Assembly (NCBI RefSeq): GCF_006345805.1
Contig: NC_042997.1
Coordinates: forward strand, 98,890,001 to 98,954,000
Reading direction: 5' to 3'
DNA length: 64,000 nucleotides
DNA from: Octopus sinensis
Lineage: Eukaryota
The translations under genes were made by a program, and so were the position numbers. A model generated the notes under the pieces. The model saw nothing but the letters and a program-made list of their open reading frames with translations. It ran no database searches and had not been told where the DNA came from. Positions 11,600-24,668 of the stretch are shown piece after piece. Position 1 is the stretch's first letter. The number at the start of each line of letters is the position of its first letter.

Positions 11600-12047
11600 T
11601 ATAATCAATAATAAATCTGTGAACGAGGTATAAACAGTAGCTGCACGACAATGTGAAGTATATTTGCCATTTAAATGTGGCTAACCACTAAGGGTGGATG
11701 CTACTGTAACTTGTAGCCCCAGGAGAACATCTTCTCCAGCTGGCTATTGACACACTTCCTGTACCCTATCAGTATTTGCAAAGGGAAGCCATCCTTCTCA
11801 TCGTCGACCTGACGTGATACGTACGGATCCGGGTTTCTGAATATTTTCCCGTCGTCAGCGCACGACAATCACCAGTATTCGATGCGAAGGGATCCCAATG
11901 CAAATACATATATCCTTTTTCCAGTAACGAAAAGTCACTGGGCACAGAAAGTGTGCCAATAGGCAGCTGGAGAAGATGTTGTCCTGGGGCTACAAGCTAC
12001 AGTAGCATCCACCCTTAGTGGTTAGCCACATTTAAGTGGCAAATATA
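11600..12047 (-). mobile_element. Penelope-like foldback element, family C
   Basis: ~60-bp tail, inverted arms 11659-11766 and 11940-12047 (~108 bp), 173-bp spacer with a mutated hammerhead, short TA runs at both ends. Confidence 0.65.
11813..11864 (-). ncRNA. Hammerhead-like motif, predicted inactive (GAAA replaced by GATC)
   Basis: Minus strand: CGTGCG CTGACGA CGGG aaaatattcagaaa CCCG GATC C GTAC G TA TCACG. Confidence 0.5.
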
Positions 12048-12111
12048 TATATATATAATAAATATTAGGGAATAAATCCAAATAAATCCAAATAGTGGTT
12101 TTGTCTCGAAT

Positions 12112-12142
<31 letters not shown>

Positions 12143-12297
12143 GATGAAACCAGAGTAAGGTAGTATAAAAAGCCAAGAGGGACATAACTGTAACAGCTTC
12201 AGCATAGGTCTGCTCAGTCAGGTTTGATCTGGGGTTAAACAACAACATATACAACTACGAAAACAAGAAAGAAAATATTTAAATTTGTATTAGTGTG

Positions 12298-12690
12298 TAG
12301 GCGTAGGAATGGCTGTGTGGTAAGTAGCTTGCTTACGAACCACATAGTTCCGGGTTCAGTCCCACAGCGTGGCACCTTGGTCAAGTGTCTTCTACTATAA
12401 CCTCGGGCCGACCAAAGACGTGTGAGTGGATTTGACAGATGGAAACTGAGAGAAGCCCGTCGTATGTGTGTGTGTGTGTCTGTGTTTGCCACCACCACCC
12501 CAACATCGCTTGACAACCGATGCTGGTGTGTTTACGTCCCCATAACTTAGCGGTTCGGCAAAAGAGACTGATAAAATAAGTACTAGGCTGGCTTACAAAG
12601 AATAAGTCCTGGGGTCGATTTGCTCGACTAAAGGCGGTGCTCCAGCATGTCCACAGTCAAAGGACTGAAACAAGTAAAAGAGTAAAAGAT
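12298..12690 (+). mobile_element. SINE family 1, full length
   Basis: GGCGTAGGAATGGCTGTGTGGTAAG head through ..GACTGAAACAAGTAAAAGAGTAAAAG tail. Confidence 0.9.
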
Positions 12691-14984
12691 TAGTGTGCTA
12701 AATTTTACTTCTGTCGAACATATATTGCTTTTGTTGTTTCTATATTTTTCTCTCGCCCAAGAATAGATTCTTCTTATTACATTATATACACATAATACTA
12801 CAATACAGTTAGTTATTTTTAGCTCACGGTATACCTTAACTGGATATTGCTGCCAAGCCTTCTCTGAAATCTTATTTACAACTTATCAAGAAAGAACAGC
12901 CATTTCTTCCTAGACGTTTCGGTTCTACAGGAAATGAAGTTAACCATCAACCTTGTGAACACATTTAGTTTTCGTAAAAATATTGCAGTTTCTACTGTAT
13001 CTGAAGCCTTGTGGCTATAAAGGAAAATCAATATTTATTTACGAAGAAAGTTGTCTTTCGCTATAGGTAAACTTACCACGACATGGTTTTGATTCCTAGT
13101 TGTATTCTGAAATAATTATTTAATCAGTCCCGTTCAGTCAATAATCGACGACAATAAAGCAACTACTACTACTATTACTACTACTACTACTACCACGACT
13201 AAAACTACAACGACTGCGGCAACCACCACCTCTTCTACTACTACCACCACCACTTTCATTGCTACTACAACTACTACTACGACGACAACTGCTGCTTCTA
13301 GTACAACTACCACTACTACCACTATTACAACTAAGACCGCAAATGAACTGACTATATACCAAATGTCCCGGGTAAAGGAAATCAATGGTAGGTTAATGAA
13401 TTTGATTCATTAAGCAAAGAAATAAAGAAAAATATGCTAGAAAGATAGAAATGTCGAAGGTAACTGGAGAGGTTTGCAGAAAGAGAAAGAGAGAAAAAAA
13501 CACGAGTGTGTTCTTGTGTGCATATGTGTGTGAGAGCAGTAGGAGAGTGGGGGAGGATAAGTAGTATATTATTGAAAGATTTACCAATGTAATACTATAT
13601 AAAAGTACCCATTCACCAGTAAACAATTTGAAACCAACAACAGACAACCGAGGAAGCAGCTTTCTTGTTTGTTTAAAATTAGATCAGAACAAGAGACTTC
13701 AAACAACGCCTACCGTGTAGATGAGTCTAAACAAGACTTGCTTACGATATTCAGGAAGTTTTGTCTCACCGGAGGGAGTAAGTTTTACAACCAATACTCA
13801 GCATCAACGATGCATAGAGACAAAAACCATTGAACGAATCAACAGCAACAAACAGTGAATCTTATAGAAATCGATTGACTTGTAGCATTCAGTGAAGATT
13901 TATTTCTGTTCTGAGAAAAGGACACTTCATCGCTCTTTTGTAATACAAGTTAAATCTGGTTATGGCATAACAGGAAATTTCATCCTGGCTGATAAGAAGT
14001 TACATATAATTATCGAAACTACTACCAACCAATACAGTGAATTAAGTTTATTGAGTATATATGCGTGTCTCCATTGTGTATATGAAGATGTTTATGCAGC
14101 TGTATGAGTGTGGTTGTGAAAGTGTATTCACTTACTTGTGTTTGAATGCATACATATTTACGAGCTTATATTTGTAGATATATCGCGTGTTGCTCTTGTT
14201 TAACCCTAGTCTTGCCTGACTGAGTAGACCTATGATCAAACGCTTTCCAGGAATGTCCATTCTTTTTATCACATGAGCATTAGATATTTAAGATTACATT
14301 ATCTAATATATATCTCACTTTTCCAGACGTCAGTGTATAATTTGCTGAAGATTTGGCTGGTATTTCTAGCTGCTTGTTTGGTGAGTGTTTCTGTCAGAGA
14401 AATGAGTTCATTAAATATGTATTTCATATACTTTACGTTGTGTGATTCTGTTGACGCAAATAACTAAATACATATTTTAAGAGTGTTGATGTTCTACTAT
14501 ATGTGTATTCATCTCGTATTTTCTCTACCATTTATAACCATAGAATGATGTCATTTATGTACATCATAGAGAGTTTTAGATAATAATGCTTACGATTATT
14601 TTAAATTATATCTAGTATACTTTTCATAACATGATTATTGTAAATTCAATGACGTTACGTCTGATTATTATCAAGTTTTCATCTGTTTCATGTAAGTTTA
14701 TACAGTGTCATCACGCGTATCGCCATGTTAATGAAGAAACACGGTAGTGCAATAATCGAGTACTTCCACAAAGCATGAAAGGAATTGTGTGCCACAAGAA
14801 AACATGAACCGTGAATAGTTTCTTAATTTGAGAAATTTTCAAACAAGACAAAGGTAGATGTAATTTAATTCTATGAGACGACGTATGATGCGATACGGGG
14901 ATGGACAGGTTGCAGTAGAACCATACAACATTAGAAATATAGACAGGCGTTATTATGCTGTGGAGATACATGGCAATGGAGGCG

Positions 14985-15225
14985 CATAGCAGTGGAGATG
15001 CATGGCTTGGTGATAATGATGTTGGATTGTAAGATTGTAGTTTCGATTCCTGGACCGGTCGATGCATTATGGTCTTAAGCAAAGCATTTAAATTCACGCT
15101 GCTCTAGTCACCTCGGCTGATAAAAATGAGTAATCCTGCGACGGATAGGTGTCCCATACAGGGGAGAATATATACGCCAGAGAAACCGAGAAACCGACAC
15201 TATGCTCCTTATGGGGTCATGTGGA
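14985..15225 (+). mobile_element. tRNA-derived SINE family 3 (degenerate)
   Basis: Head ..CATGGCTTGGTG..GTTTCGATTCCTGGACCGG, core ..TTGAGCAA(A/G)GCA..TTCACG.TGCTC.AGTC.ACTC.GCTG..AAAATGAGTAA. Confidence 0.65.
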
Positions 15226-16569
15226 CTAATTGTCACCTATTATGATGGACTTAAACTACTCTTTGATTCGAATGATGGGGAATTCCAGAAAAGATATAAA
15301 AATTAACATTCTATGGCGTTTTACCTTTATTTGATAGAAAAATTACTACACCTGAAGGCAAAGGATATTATTGTACTAGAATTCAAAGTGAAACACAACA
15401 TTCTTCTTTATTCTCGTCATCATTTAGCATCCTCTTACGTGCTGGCATGGGATGTAAGTTTTGACAGGAGCTGACAAATTAGAAGACTGTGCCAAATCTG
15501 CTGCCTCTTTTGTTATGGTTTCTACAGCTGGACGTCCTTCCTACTTCCAACTACTTTATAGTGTGTACTGAAAGATTTTTACACGGCACCAGCAGTAATG
15601 AGGTCACCAAATAACTTGCAAGACCCCTTAATTGAGCGGGGAGTAACACTGAGGGAGATGGTTTTGTGCAAGGTATTGAGAGGTCAGAGTGTCTATAGAG
15701 GGACAGAAATAGATGTCTTGCAATAAAGAAGAAGCATGGCAATCTCAATAGGAGAGTGAGAGGGGGAAGAGAGGAGACAAGAAGAGTAAGGGAGAGAGAG
15801 AGAGAAGAGAGAGCGAAGAGAGTATGGAGAGAAGATGATGATGTGACGAGGGGTACGCTCAAATTACAGGAAGGTGTATACAAGTGAAGTGGAAGAAGAG
15901 TTTGGATAAAGTAATAAATTCGCAAGATTGCAAAAGGAGAGTGGATGGTAGACACGAAGGAATGTAGTAAGTGGACACAAATAGAGGGAGGAGTATTAGG
16001 AAGTCGTGTTGTGGGGAAGAGATTCAACGGAAAACAATATATGCAGGTAAATTCACGAGGATGTGATAGGGAATGGGGTTCTCTATTACAAGACAGTGTG
16101 TCTGAGAAAATCGCTACGTTGTAGGAGAGAAGGGTGCTCTAATGGATGGTGATACACTTGCATTTAGCTACTCTGTAAAGAAAGTGCCGTAGAAGTGTCA
16201 CGGTGAAAAGCTGTTAAATGTTGAGAATGCAAGGGAAAAAGGGAGTCTTCCTAATGTGGACCCAACAGAGGGATCCAACAGCTGCATGATAAGGCAATGT
16301 ATTTCCCTCTCCTTTGTCACACCCTCGTGTGATAGAAAAGAGTCAAATTAATTGCCATTTCTATCATGCATCCGTCAACTCAGAATATGGCTCCTTCTGT
16401 TGGATCCACATTAGTAGGACTCTCCTTTTCCATGCATTCTACGCGAGGGTGTGATAGAGGTGAGGGTAAAACAGCGAGTGGTGAACTCGTATTGAGGAAC
16501 TGGGGAAGTGTTAGGAAGAGAGGTTGCGGAGGAGAGGTTTGTCAGGGTCAGATTGTGTGCAAGTGAATG

Positions 16570-18190
16570 GACATAAACCGCATGCCTTTTTGGCCTCGAG
16601 TTTTACTTAACTGGACTGGTCTTCTCAAGCACAGCAAAGATCCAATCATTTTGGCTTTATGTCATCTCCTCTGCGATGCTTAACATCTGATGATCATTTC
16701 CCATCACTTCGTCAAAGGTTTTCCTGGCTCTTTCTTTTCTACAGGTTCCTTCCATATTTAGAGATCGGCACTTCTTTATGCAACTGTCTTCATCCACACG
16801 CATCACATGATCATACAATCAACACAATCTCCTCTTTTGCACAGTACGTCTGATGCATTTTATAACCATTTTTTTCTTTGAACACATTTACGCTTTGTAG
16901 TACACGCACTTTTTAGTACATACAGTCTGACATTGCACATTCAGTGGAGGATGCTGGCTTATTTCTTTCGAACCTTTCATATGTTCTCTGTATTCACAGC
17001 TCACGTGAATGTAGCATATCCGTTCGTGCACAAACATCGTACAATCTACTTTTTACTCTGAAGGAGAGGTTCTTTGTTGCAACGAAGGTAATAGGTCTCT
17101 GAACTTTGCCCAGTAGGTTCTAATTCTAGCAACTAAGCTTTCAGAGCATCCTGTTCCGATGCTAATTCTGTCAACGAGGTAACAGAAACTATCTACTACT
17201 TCTATATACAGAGACGCTTAATAACAGCATCTCTGTATATGGCTTGGACGGCTTTCACCAGCTACTCAACTATCCTTAGCTTATGTAGGGACCGGTAGGC
17301 TCCCTACATATCAGCAGATGTTAAGTACAGCGGTTTATTTTTGGTTAAATGCTTCTTTTGCTTTACTAGGAAGAATGCCTTACTAGGAAGGTAGCACAAA
17401 ATCACATTGCACCTGATCTAGCTTAACTCTCTTCCTTATTATTTTAGTTATAACCATGTCCGTAACTTTCATGACCGGGTCTTACAGTTTAACACCTTTG
17501 TAATTATCCTTCGCCAATTCATCTCCTCTGCCTTTGTAGGAGTTACTTATGGTGCTGGTAATCCAATCGGAATGTCTGGCTCCTGCTTGAACGACCTGAT
17601 TAACTATACGGCCATATTGCACACCACCAGATATCTTAAGCATCACGGCAGTAATTCCTGATGGGCCAGGAGCTTTCCTTGTCTTCATATCCTTAATTGC
17701 TTTATCTACCACGCACATGTCAACTCGGAATGCAGGTCCCTCTGTTGGGACCACATTAGGAAGACTCTCCTTTTCCCATGCATTCTCCATAATTAGCAGG
17801 CTTTCACATTCACACTTCCATGCCACACTCTAAGTAAGTGCAAGTGTAGCATCCTCCATTCAAACACGTTTCTCTCCTGCATCATGATTCTCTCAGACAC
17901 ACTGTCTCGCAATCCAGAGTACCTCATGCCTCTGGTCCGCACACCAGAAAATATTGGTAAAATTCATCCTTTCTGCTTCTTACCCGAGCGTGACATTCTT
18001 GTCACCTAGTTTCTCCTCAAGCTACTTGATATAGTTCTTTACTACCCCTATTCCTCCACTCCTTCCACGCCTGTATCTTTGTTGTTATGGCACTGTCTAC
18101 TTCACTCTTCCACCACCATGTCACACTAGGTTTGACTTGAATTTTGTACTGCTCATAAATTTGGTCGGCAGCCCTTAGTAGGCTAACCCG
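16570..18190 (-). mobile_element. RTE-clade LINE, degenerate 3' portion with RT remnant
   Basis: ORF 17482-17826 contains NAWEKESLPNVVPTEGPA..DKAIKDMKT.KAPGPSGIT..MLK..NY.GVKL (RT pre-domain/domain 0-1). WWW..EVDSAI motif upstream; many frameshifts downstream. Confidence 0.8.
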
Positions 18191-19134
18191 AAAGAAAAAT
18201 CTTGTTACCCTCTATATAATTCTATCTCGTCCTCCTTATCGTCAAATGCTTTAGTTAGGAGGTCTCTAAGTCTATGACTATCTAAAATCATTTAGCTTCC
18301 ATATCTTCCTTTTCTTGCCTAATTCTTCACTTCAGACCTGTTCTGCTTGAAAGACAAGCTAGATGTAGAACTCGTTGTGGATGTGCAAGCAACACTACAA
18401 GGATCAAAAGAAGATTCATTGATGATTATTCTTGAAGACATTTTAATGATTTTATTTGTGCACAAATGATAGACAGGAGATTAAAAAAAACAGTTTCTTG
18501 TATTGTACTAATTATATGAGGTAAAAATACTGAAATTTCAGACGTGTTCTATCTGGTATTGTAAACTTTAACAATAATGTGATTGATATTTTTCGTTGTT
18601 GATTGACAGTATAGCAGTGACAGTAACTTAACCACCGTTGCCGTGTTTGGTCGGTTTTTAGTAGCAAGTACACTTACCACCTCTCTACTCATGGATACAC
18701 TACGAAAAAATGACAAATCAGTACCTTCGCAGCATCTATGGAGCTGGAAAGGATGCCAGATATGGTTAAGTTTACCTGCCTATTACACTGATGGGTAAAT
18801 GAATGAATAGATTTTCTGTAGGTGTTTATTTCCTGAACCTAAGTACTCACTAAATTACACCACAAAGCAGCAAGAGTTTATTGTTATAGTGGGTATGGTT
18901 TGTGCAGATCCATTCCCACCACATTGTCAAATATGTATCATCATCTGGCGCAACAAATGACAGAAGCCCACTATATCAGGATGCAGGATTTGTATGGAGT
19001 TACCATCTCTCAGAGGAAAAGCTAAAGAGCTGAAATGTTTCCTGTATCCAAGGTCTATTGGGCTGTCTGTAAGTGATCGTCTTCTGAAGGTTTTCAATAA
19101 TATAAACAAATCTTCAATGATGTAAAGTTAGCCA

Positions 19135-19410
19135 GGTGCTGAGTGCCGTTTCCCATTTAGAGTTGGCAATGTCAATGTAGGCACATTGAAATGTAGTTCT
19201 AAGGATAGTGTTGAGATGCTAGAACGGAGGCATGTAGATGTATGTTGCGTTCAAGGGGTAAGGTTGAGGGGAGTTTCATCGAAGCTCCTCCAAGGCATAG
19301 AAAATATGTATAAATTCTTCTGGGTAGGCAACAGTGATAGAATCAGATGTGTGGTCATACTTTTAGCTGAAAAATTAGAGAATAAGGGTATCGAGGTAAA
19401 ACAACATAGT
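19135..19410 (+). mobile_element. RTE-clade LINE endonuclease (APE) fragment
   Basis: NVNVGTLK..VEMLERRHVDVCCVQ.VRLRG..YKFFWVGNSD..ILLAEK, typical of the RTE APE N-terminus. Confidence 0.8.
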
Positions 19411-21670
19411 CTCATTATCGGGGTAAAAAAAGTATAGTCTCAAAAATGAACCAATAATATCAGTACTAATTTCCATATAATTGGTGATCATACATTTCAT
19501 CCCGTCACCGAAATATTGAAGAATCTGATCACTCCCCGATGATGAGGAAGAATAGGAAAGCGTGGCGATTACACATTTCTCATTCTGTTAGTTGATTAGT
19601 ACAAACACGAATCAAAATAAGTATTTGAACTTAGTTCACCAAGAATTAATGTTATAACACACTACATCTCATTTACTGCTTCAATAATGGTACATAGTTA
19701 GGTTTGATGGGAAAGATTATAACCTATTCAATCGCCCTAACTATATTTAAAGTACTTAATTTATTAAATTTAAAGCGTCATATACCAATGATTATAGAGA
19801 ATGCAGAAGCGAAACAAAATATTGAGGTAGTTTGTCCGGGTGCATACTGGGATTTCCCGGCTCTTTACTGTTTCAGTGTGATCAAGACTTCTTACCAATT
19901 CCTAACTAACATCATAAACGAATTCAATATTGTGAAATTCATGAAAACACAAGGAGAGAAAAAAAATTATAGTAAAGTATGATTGACCAGAAAACCAGGA
20001 AAATTTGATTTTTCCAGGCAAAATATGTTTGGTAAATGGTATAAACGTAGAAAAGAAAATAAGATATAGAAAAGAAAATTGTAAATGAATATTTCAAGTA
20101 TAAATCGTTTTAGAAATACATAGCCTTTCAGTAATTTTTCATATAAACATGTTGTTTATATTGGGGCGCTTTTTTTTCTTTTACATCTTTTCATGAACAG
20201 ACATTATTCAGATGATTGGTAGAAAATGAAAATTAATGATATTGGCTAGAACCGTAATAGATGCCTGGGAAATCGAATGAACCAGCCAAGTGCTAAACTT
20301 ATTTCTCAAAAGAAAGAAATATATGTTCGTATTTTGGCGAGAACAAACAAATTTATCTTGAAAATCAGTTTAAAACGAATAAATAGCGAAAGAGAAAAAA
20401 ATAAATCAATCATCACTATTTGCAAAATTTATAGATTTTTAAAAATATTTTTCAAAATCTTTTAAGACAGAGAAAAGTGTTAAGAAAAGAATATAAAACG
20501 TATAAAAATAAATGAAATAAAATAATAGCAATGATTAATGATTACAAGCTTGTTGCTTACTCAGTTCGAAAATAATTTAATCATTATTTTATTCAATTAT
20601 CGAGAAGTTGCTTTCGGCTAAAAAGAATAAAGCTTAAATTAAAATTCTAAATGTAGGAAAATAGAAATATATTCTGCACACAAGAAAAATGAGGCGTACT
20701 AAAGCAAATTTACATATTTCCTTCTTCATTTTCTGTTTTTTTTATTCTAGAAACTAATTGCAGAACAACTTTCATAGCTAGATATAAGCAAAAGCTTAAT
20801 ATAACAAAAGAGTGTTTCTCAATCGAAACCTATTCTCAATATACTTATAAAACTGAAAATCCGTGGATTGGCGACAAAACCGCTAGAATGGCAAATAATC
20901 TACTTGGCACAAATTAATTGAAATGGATTATACGAACGAGAACATACAAACGATAATCAAAACAGCATTTGGCTCAGTTTACCAGGAGTTCACTTTATGG
21001 CGTTACTGACTACGTTTCAGTAACCCTTTAAATTCTTAAATCGCATCGAGTTCGGAACCTGACTTTCCATCGTTAAAATAATGTTGTGGTTGATTTTATA
21101 AATTACATGGGTTGAAGTTAAAGAGAAATTTGGTTTCAATTTTTACTTGATGATATTTTGCAGAAATTATATTATATAATTATATGCGTCGCAAATACAG
21201 AATCAACATCATCCCTATATTTTTTTTCCTCTGCTATCATACGACATTTGTGTCTATGACTATTTATATTTAAACTTCATAACAAAGAAAATACCTACAG
21301 CATAGGGAAATAAGCTGTCAGCAAACAAAAAGCGCTACATGTTTGCAGTTCCTTATGATAAGCATATCATGGCATTTACGACACCTATTGTTTAACAAAT
21401 TATAATAATCGTATAATTGTCATGTAATTGAGAGGAGGAAGGTAGTCATTCGACTTGCACTTTATTTAACACCCAGCGAAATAAGAAAAAGCGTGGAGAG
21501 TGCAGACAAAATAATTTCCGTTCTTATTTCAAATCCTATTGAGGTCAAACTTCGGTGGTAGTGGTGGTGGCGGTGGGGAGGTAACGTTATAATAAAGTAC
21601 AAGTCAAATACTGATATCCTCCTCCCAATTTCTTGACAGTTATAATACAATTTTGTAACGCGTTAGACAA

Positions 21671-23760
21671 TACTCTCGGGTCCCAAATAATAGGTAGAGT
21701 TGGAATAAGCAGGGGGGTCGGACATTTGCTTAAATTCATATAAGCGGGTGGGTTGGAATAAGCGGGGTTGGAAAATCGGTACTCTCGGTTCCCAAATAAT
21801 AGGGGAATTGGAATAAGCAAGTGGGTTGGAATTTGCTTCAATTCATATAAGCGGGTGGATAGGAATAAACGGGTGGGGTTGGAAAATCGGTAATAGTATA
21901 GTGATAACTATAAAATTAAAAAAATTTTAGGTTGTCTTCCTTGATTTTTTAAAAACCGGTTATTTACTTTTTGGTCCCAGATAATAGAGGGCGGGCGTTG
22001 GAAAAAGCGGGTGGGTCGGACATTTGCATAAATTCATATAAGTGGGTGGGTAGGAATAAACGGGTGGGGTTGGAAAATCGGTTATTGTATAGTGGTAACT
22101 ATAAAATTTAAAAATTTTCTAGGATGTCAACCTTGATTTTTTTTTAAACCAGTTATTTACTCTTGAGTCCCAAATAATAGGGAGGGGGTGGAAAAAGCGG
22201 GTGAGTTAAACATTTGCTTAAATACATATAAGCGGGTGGGTTGGAATAAACTGGAGTGGGTGGGAATCAGTAACTGTATAGTGTATGCACGAAAATTAGG
22301 AAAATGAGTATCTTAAAGCAAATATAATGACACAATGAGGCAAAAGAAATTAACAAGAAGCAAGTGAAATTAGCACACACGTGTGCTTCAAACGTGCACT
22401 TTAGTTACGATAATAAAAATAAGACATTTGTTAATTATGGTAATTATGTGATTCTTTCTTTAAATGCTGTTCTCTAAACAGATATTGAAACAAGCAACAC
22501 GTCTTTAAAAGAAAGAAAAGTAAAACACAATAAAGAGAGTATAATTACCGTTTCGTGGACTTGCAGTATTTATTATACTATACATAATAAAACATAGCTC
22601 TCTGTAAATAATTATAAATGATAGACTCATGATTTTTCGTCACTTTCCTTCTGCAGGTTTCTCGGTTTCGATATTCGCTTCTTTACGGACCGCCGAGCTT
22701 CAATGACAATTGACATGAGTATGCTTCGATATGGCAAGAAAAGTGTACAGGTCTCGTTTACATCCAATACTTTCTGTATTTTTTCAAGGAACTGGGCATC
22801 TTTATTAACCTCATCATTACTGCTGATTCCTGCAAGAGAGCTAGGGCTTCCCGTCATCATGTCTGGCCATCCGTGCTTTGGCTCCTGCGAAACCTCCATG
22901 GGGATTTCTCCAGATGGGTCAATTACCTCCGAAAGATTCTCAAATGATTCGCTTTCATCTTCCGACTCACTTTCTGCAGCTTTTTTCCTCAATGCCGTCA
23001 CCATGGAATAGTTCTGAGCCTTCAAACATTGTTTGCACGCTTAGCCCCTTTCAGTGGAATTAAGTATTTAATGACTCTTTGAATAGTATTTTGGCAGGGG
23101 TTTGACATGATCTTTAGACGAAACTATTGCGTCAACGAACCGACAAGGTGCATGATTCGGTCTGACAGTGGCCCACATCTACTTGAAAGCAGCTTCGACA
23201 TCAGTCTTGTAATCTGCATGTGCTTGATGTAGCATCTGCATCATCTCGGATCGATTGGGCGTGGGAATTTTATTCAGAGTTTGAACTAACTTTTCTAGCA
23301 TCTTTGCTTTCTGTATTTCGCAATATTTTACTTTCAGTTGTTTGTGCAAGTGCATGTCGTTAACTTGAACAAATCCGGTGATACCACCACCGATGATGAC
23401 TAGCATATAACTCCTTTTACAGAGGGTGTCTGTCACCTCCGGTATCAAATGCACCATGTAATCATTGAGCACATAAATGGCAAAGTTTGCATGCGAAAAC
23501 ATTGATTCGGTTTGGAAGATTTTCAATAGTACAGAGTAGCTGTTCTAATCTATAAGAACCTTTAGGAGACCATTAATATTTAATTGTAGGCAGGGCATTC
23601 AGTAGTGGTGGTCTTTCTCCAGTTCCTTTGAATACAAACTCTGGGTTAAGATTGATTCTGGTATCATTAGGGTTGAAGGTTGTCAATGCCATAAAAGGTT
23701 GAAGGCTCACTCGCATGAACATTGGTTGCATATACTGTGGATAAATATTTATTCTCCCAT
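21671..23760 (-). mobile_element. pogo/Tigger-like DNA transposon relic with reiterated terminus
   Basis: Minus-strand pseudo-ORF with PEFVFKGTG..WSPKGSYRLE..NLPN and VLNDYMVHL..LVIIGGGITGFVQVND.HLH..LK (DDE_1-type). Terminal motif TACTCTCGG.TCCCAAATAATAGG at 21671, 21780, 21965 and 22158. Confidence 0.7.
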
Positions 23761-23994
23761 GCGTTATGAAAACAAATATAGAACACTCCAGGTTTTTTTC
23801 CCATTCCTGTCGTTATTTTTCATTTTTGTTTTGTCATGCTGATTCACAATTTGTGTCAGCTAAAATAATAAGGAATCCTCCAGAGTTTGCTGTTTTGTAC
23901 TAGTAACGGGAGTCAGTTTAATCGAATTTCCCCTTCCCTTTAAATTTCTGGCCTAAGCATCAAGCAACGTGCCTTGCAGCATAGTTATCGTCCA

Positions 23995-24120
23995 TTACGT
24001 TCTCAGTTCAATCCCGCTGAGCTTAGCTTTGCCTTTCATACCTACGGGGTCGACAAAAATAAAGTAATGTTCTAGTCCCTCCCCACAAATTATTGGCCTT
24101 GTGCCGAAATGAGAAATCAT
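23995..24120 (+). mobile_element. SINE family 2 fragment
   Basis: TACGTTCTCAGTTCAAT..CTTTGCCTTTCAT..GGGGTCGAC..TTGGCCTTGTGCC.AAAT. Confidence 0.6.
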
Positions 24121-24504
24121 TATTTAAAATTTTCTCGCGTTGTCACCTTTGATTTTTTGAAACACAGAATTAGTTATTTAGTTTATATATCCTATTTTAC
24201 AATATAACGAATTACTTGTAATGTTCTTTTTTCTACTGTCATATAAATATAATGTTCTTAACTTTAAAATAAAATTATTAGATTCTCCAGCTGTTGTATC
24301 AGGATGAATATCTTACAATAAAATTTCACCACAGTTTATCAAAATTTAACAAGATGGGAAGGGCTGGAATAAAAGCGAGTGGAGAGGATCTTAAAATTAA
24401 TAAGCGGGTTGGAAAATATATGAAAAATAATAAGATATACATATTCACACACAAACACACATATGTATCCATGTACCAATGCATGCCTATGTATATATAT
24501 TTGG

Positions 24505-24668
24505 GCGCAGACATGGCTATGTGGTAAGATGCTTGCTTCCCAACCACATGGCTCCGGGTTCAGTCCCACTGCGTAACACATTGGGCGAGTGTCTTCAACT
24601 GTGACCTCGGGCCGACCATAGCCTTGTGAGTGGATTTGGTAGGCAGACACTGAAAGAAGCCCGTCGTT
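24505..24668 (+). mobile_element. SINE family 1, 5' half
   Basis: GGCGCAGACATGGCTATGTGGTAAG..GGGTTCAGTCCCACTGCG..GAAAGAAGCCCGTCG. Confidence 0.85.
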
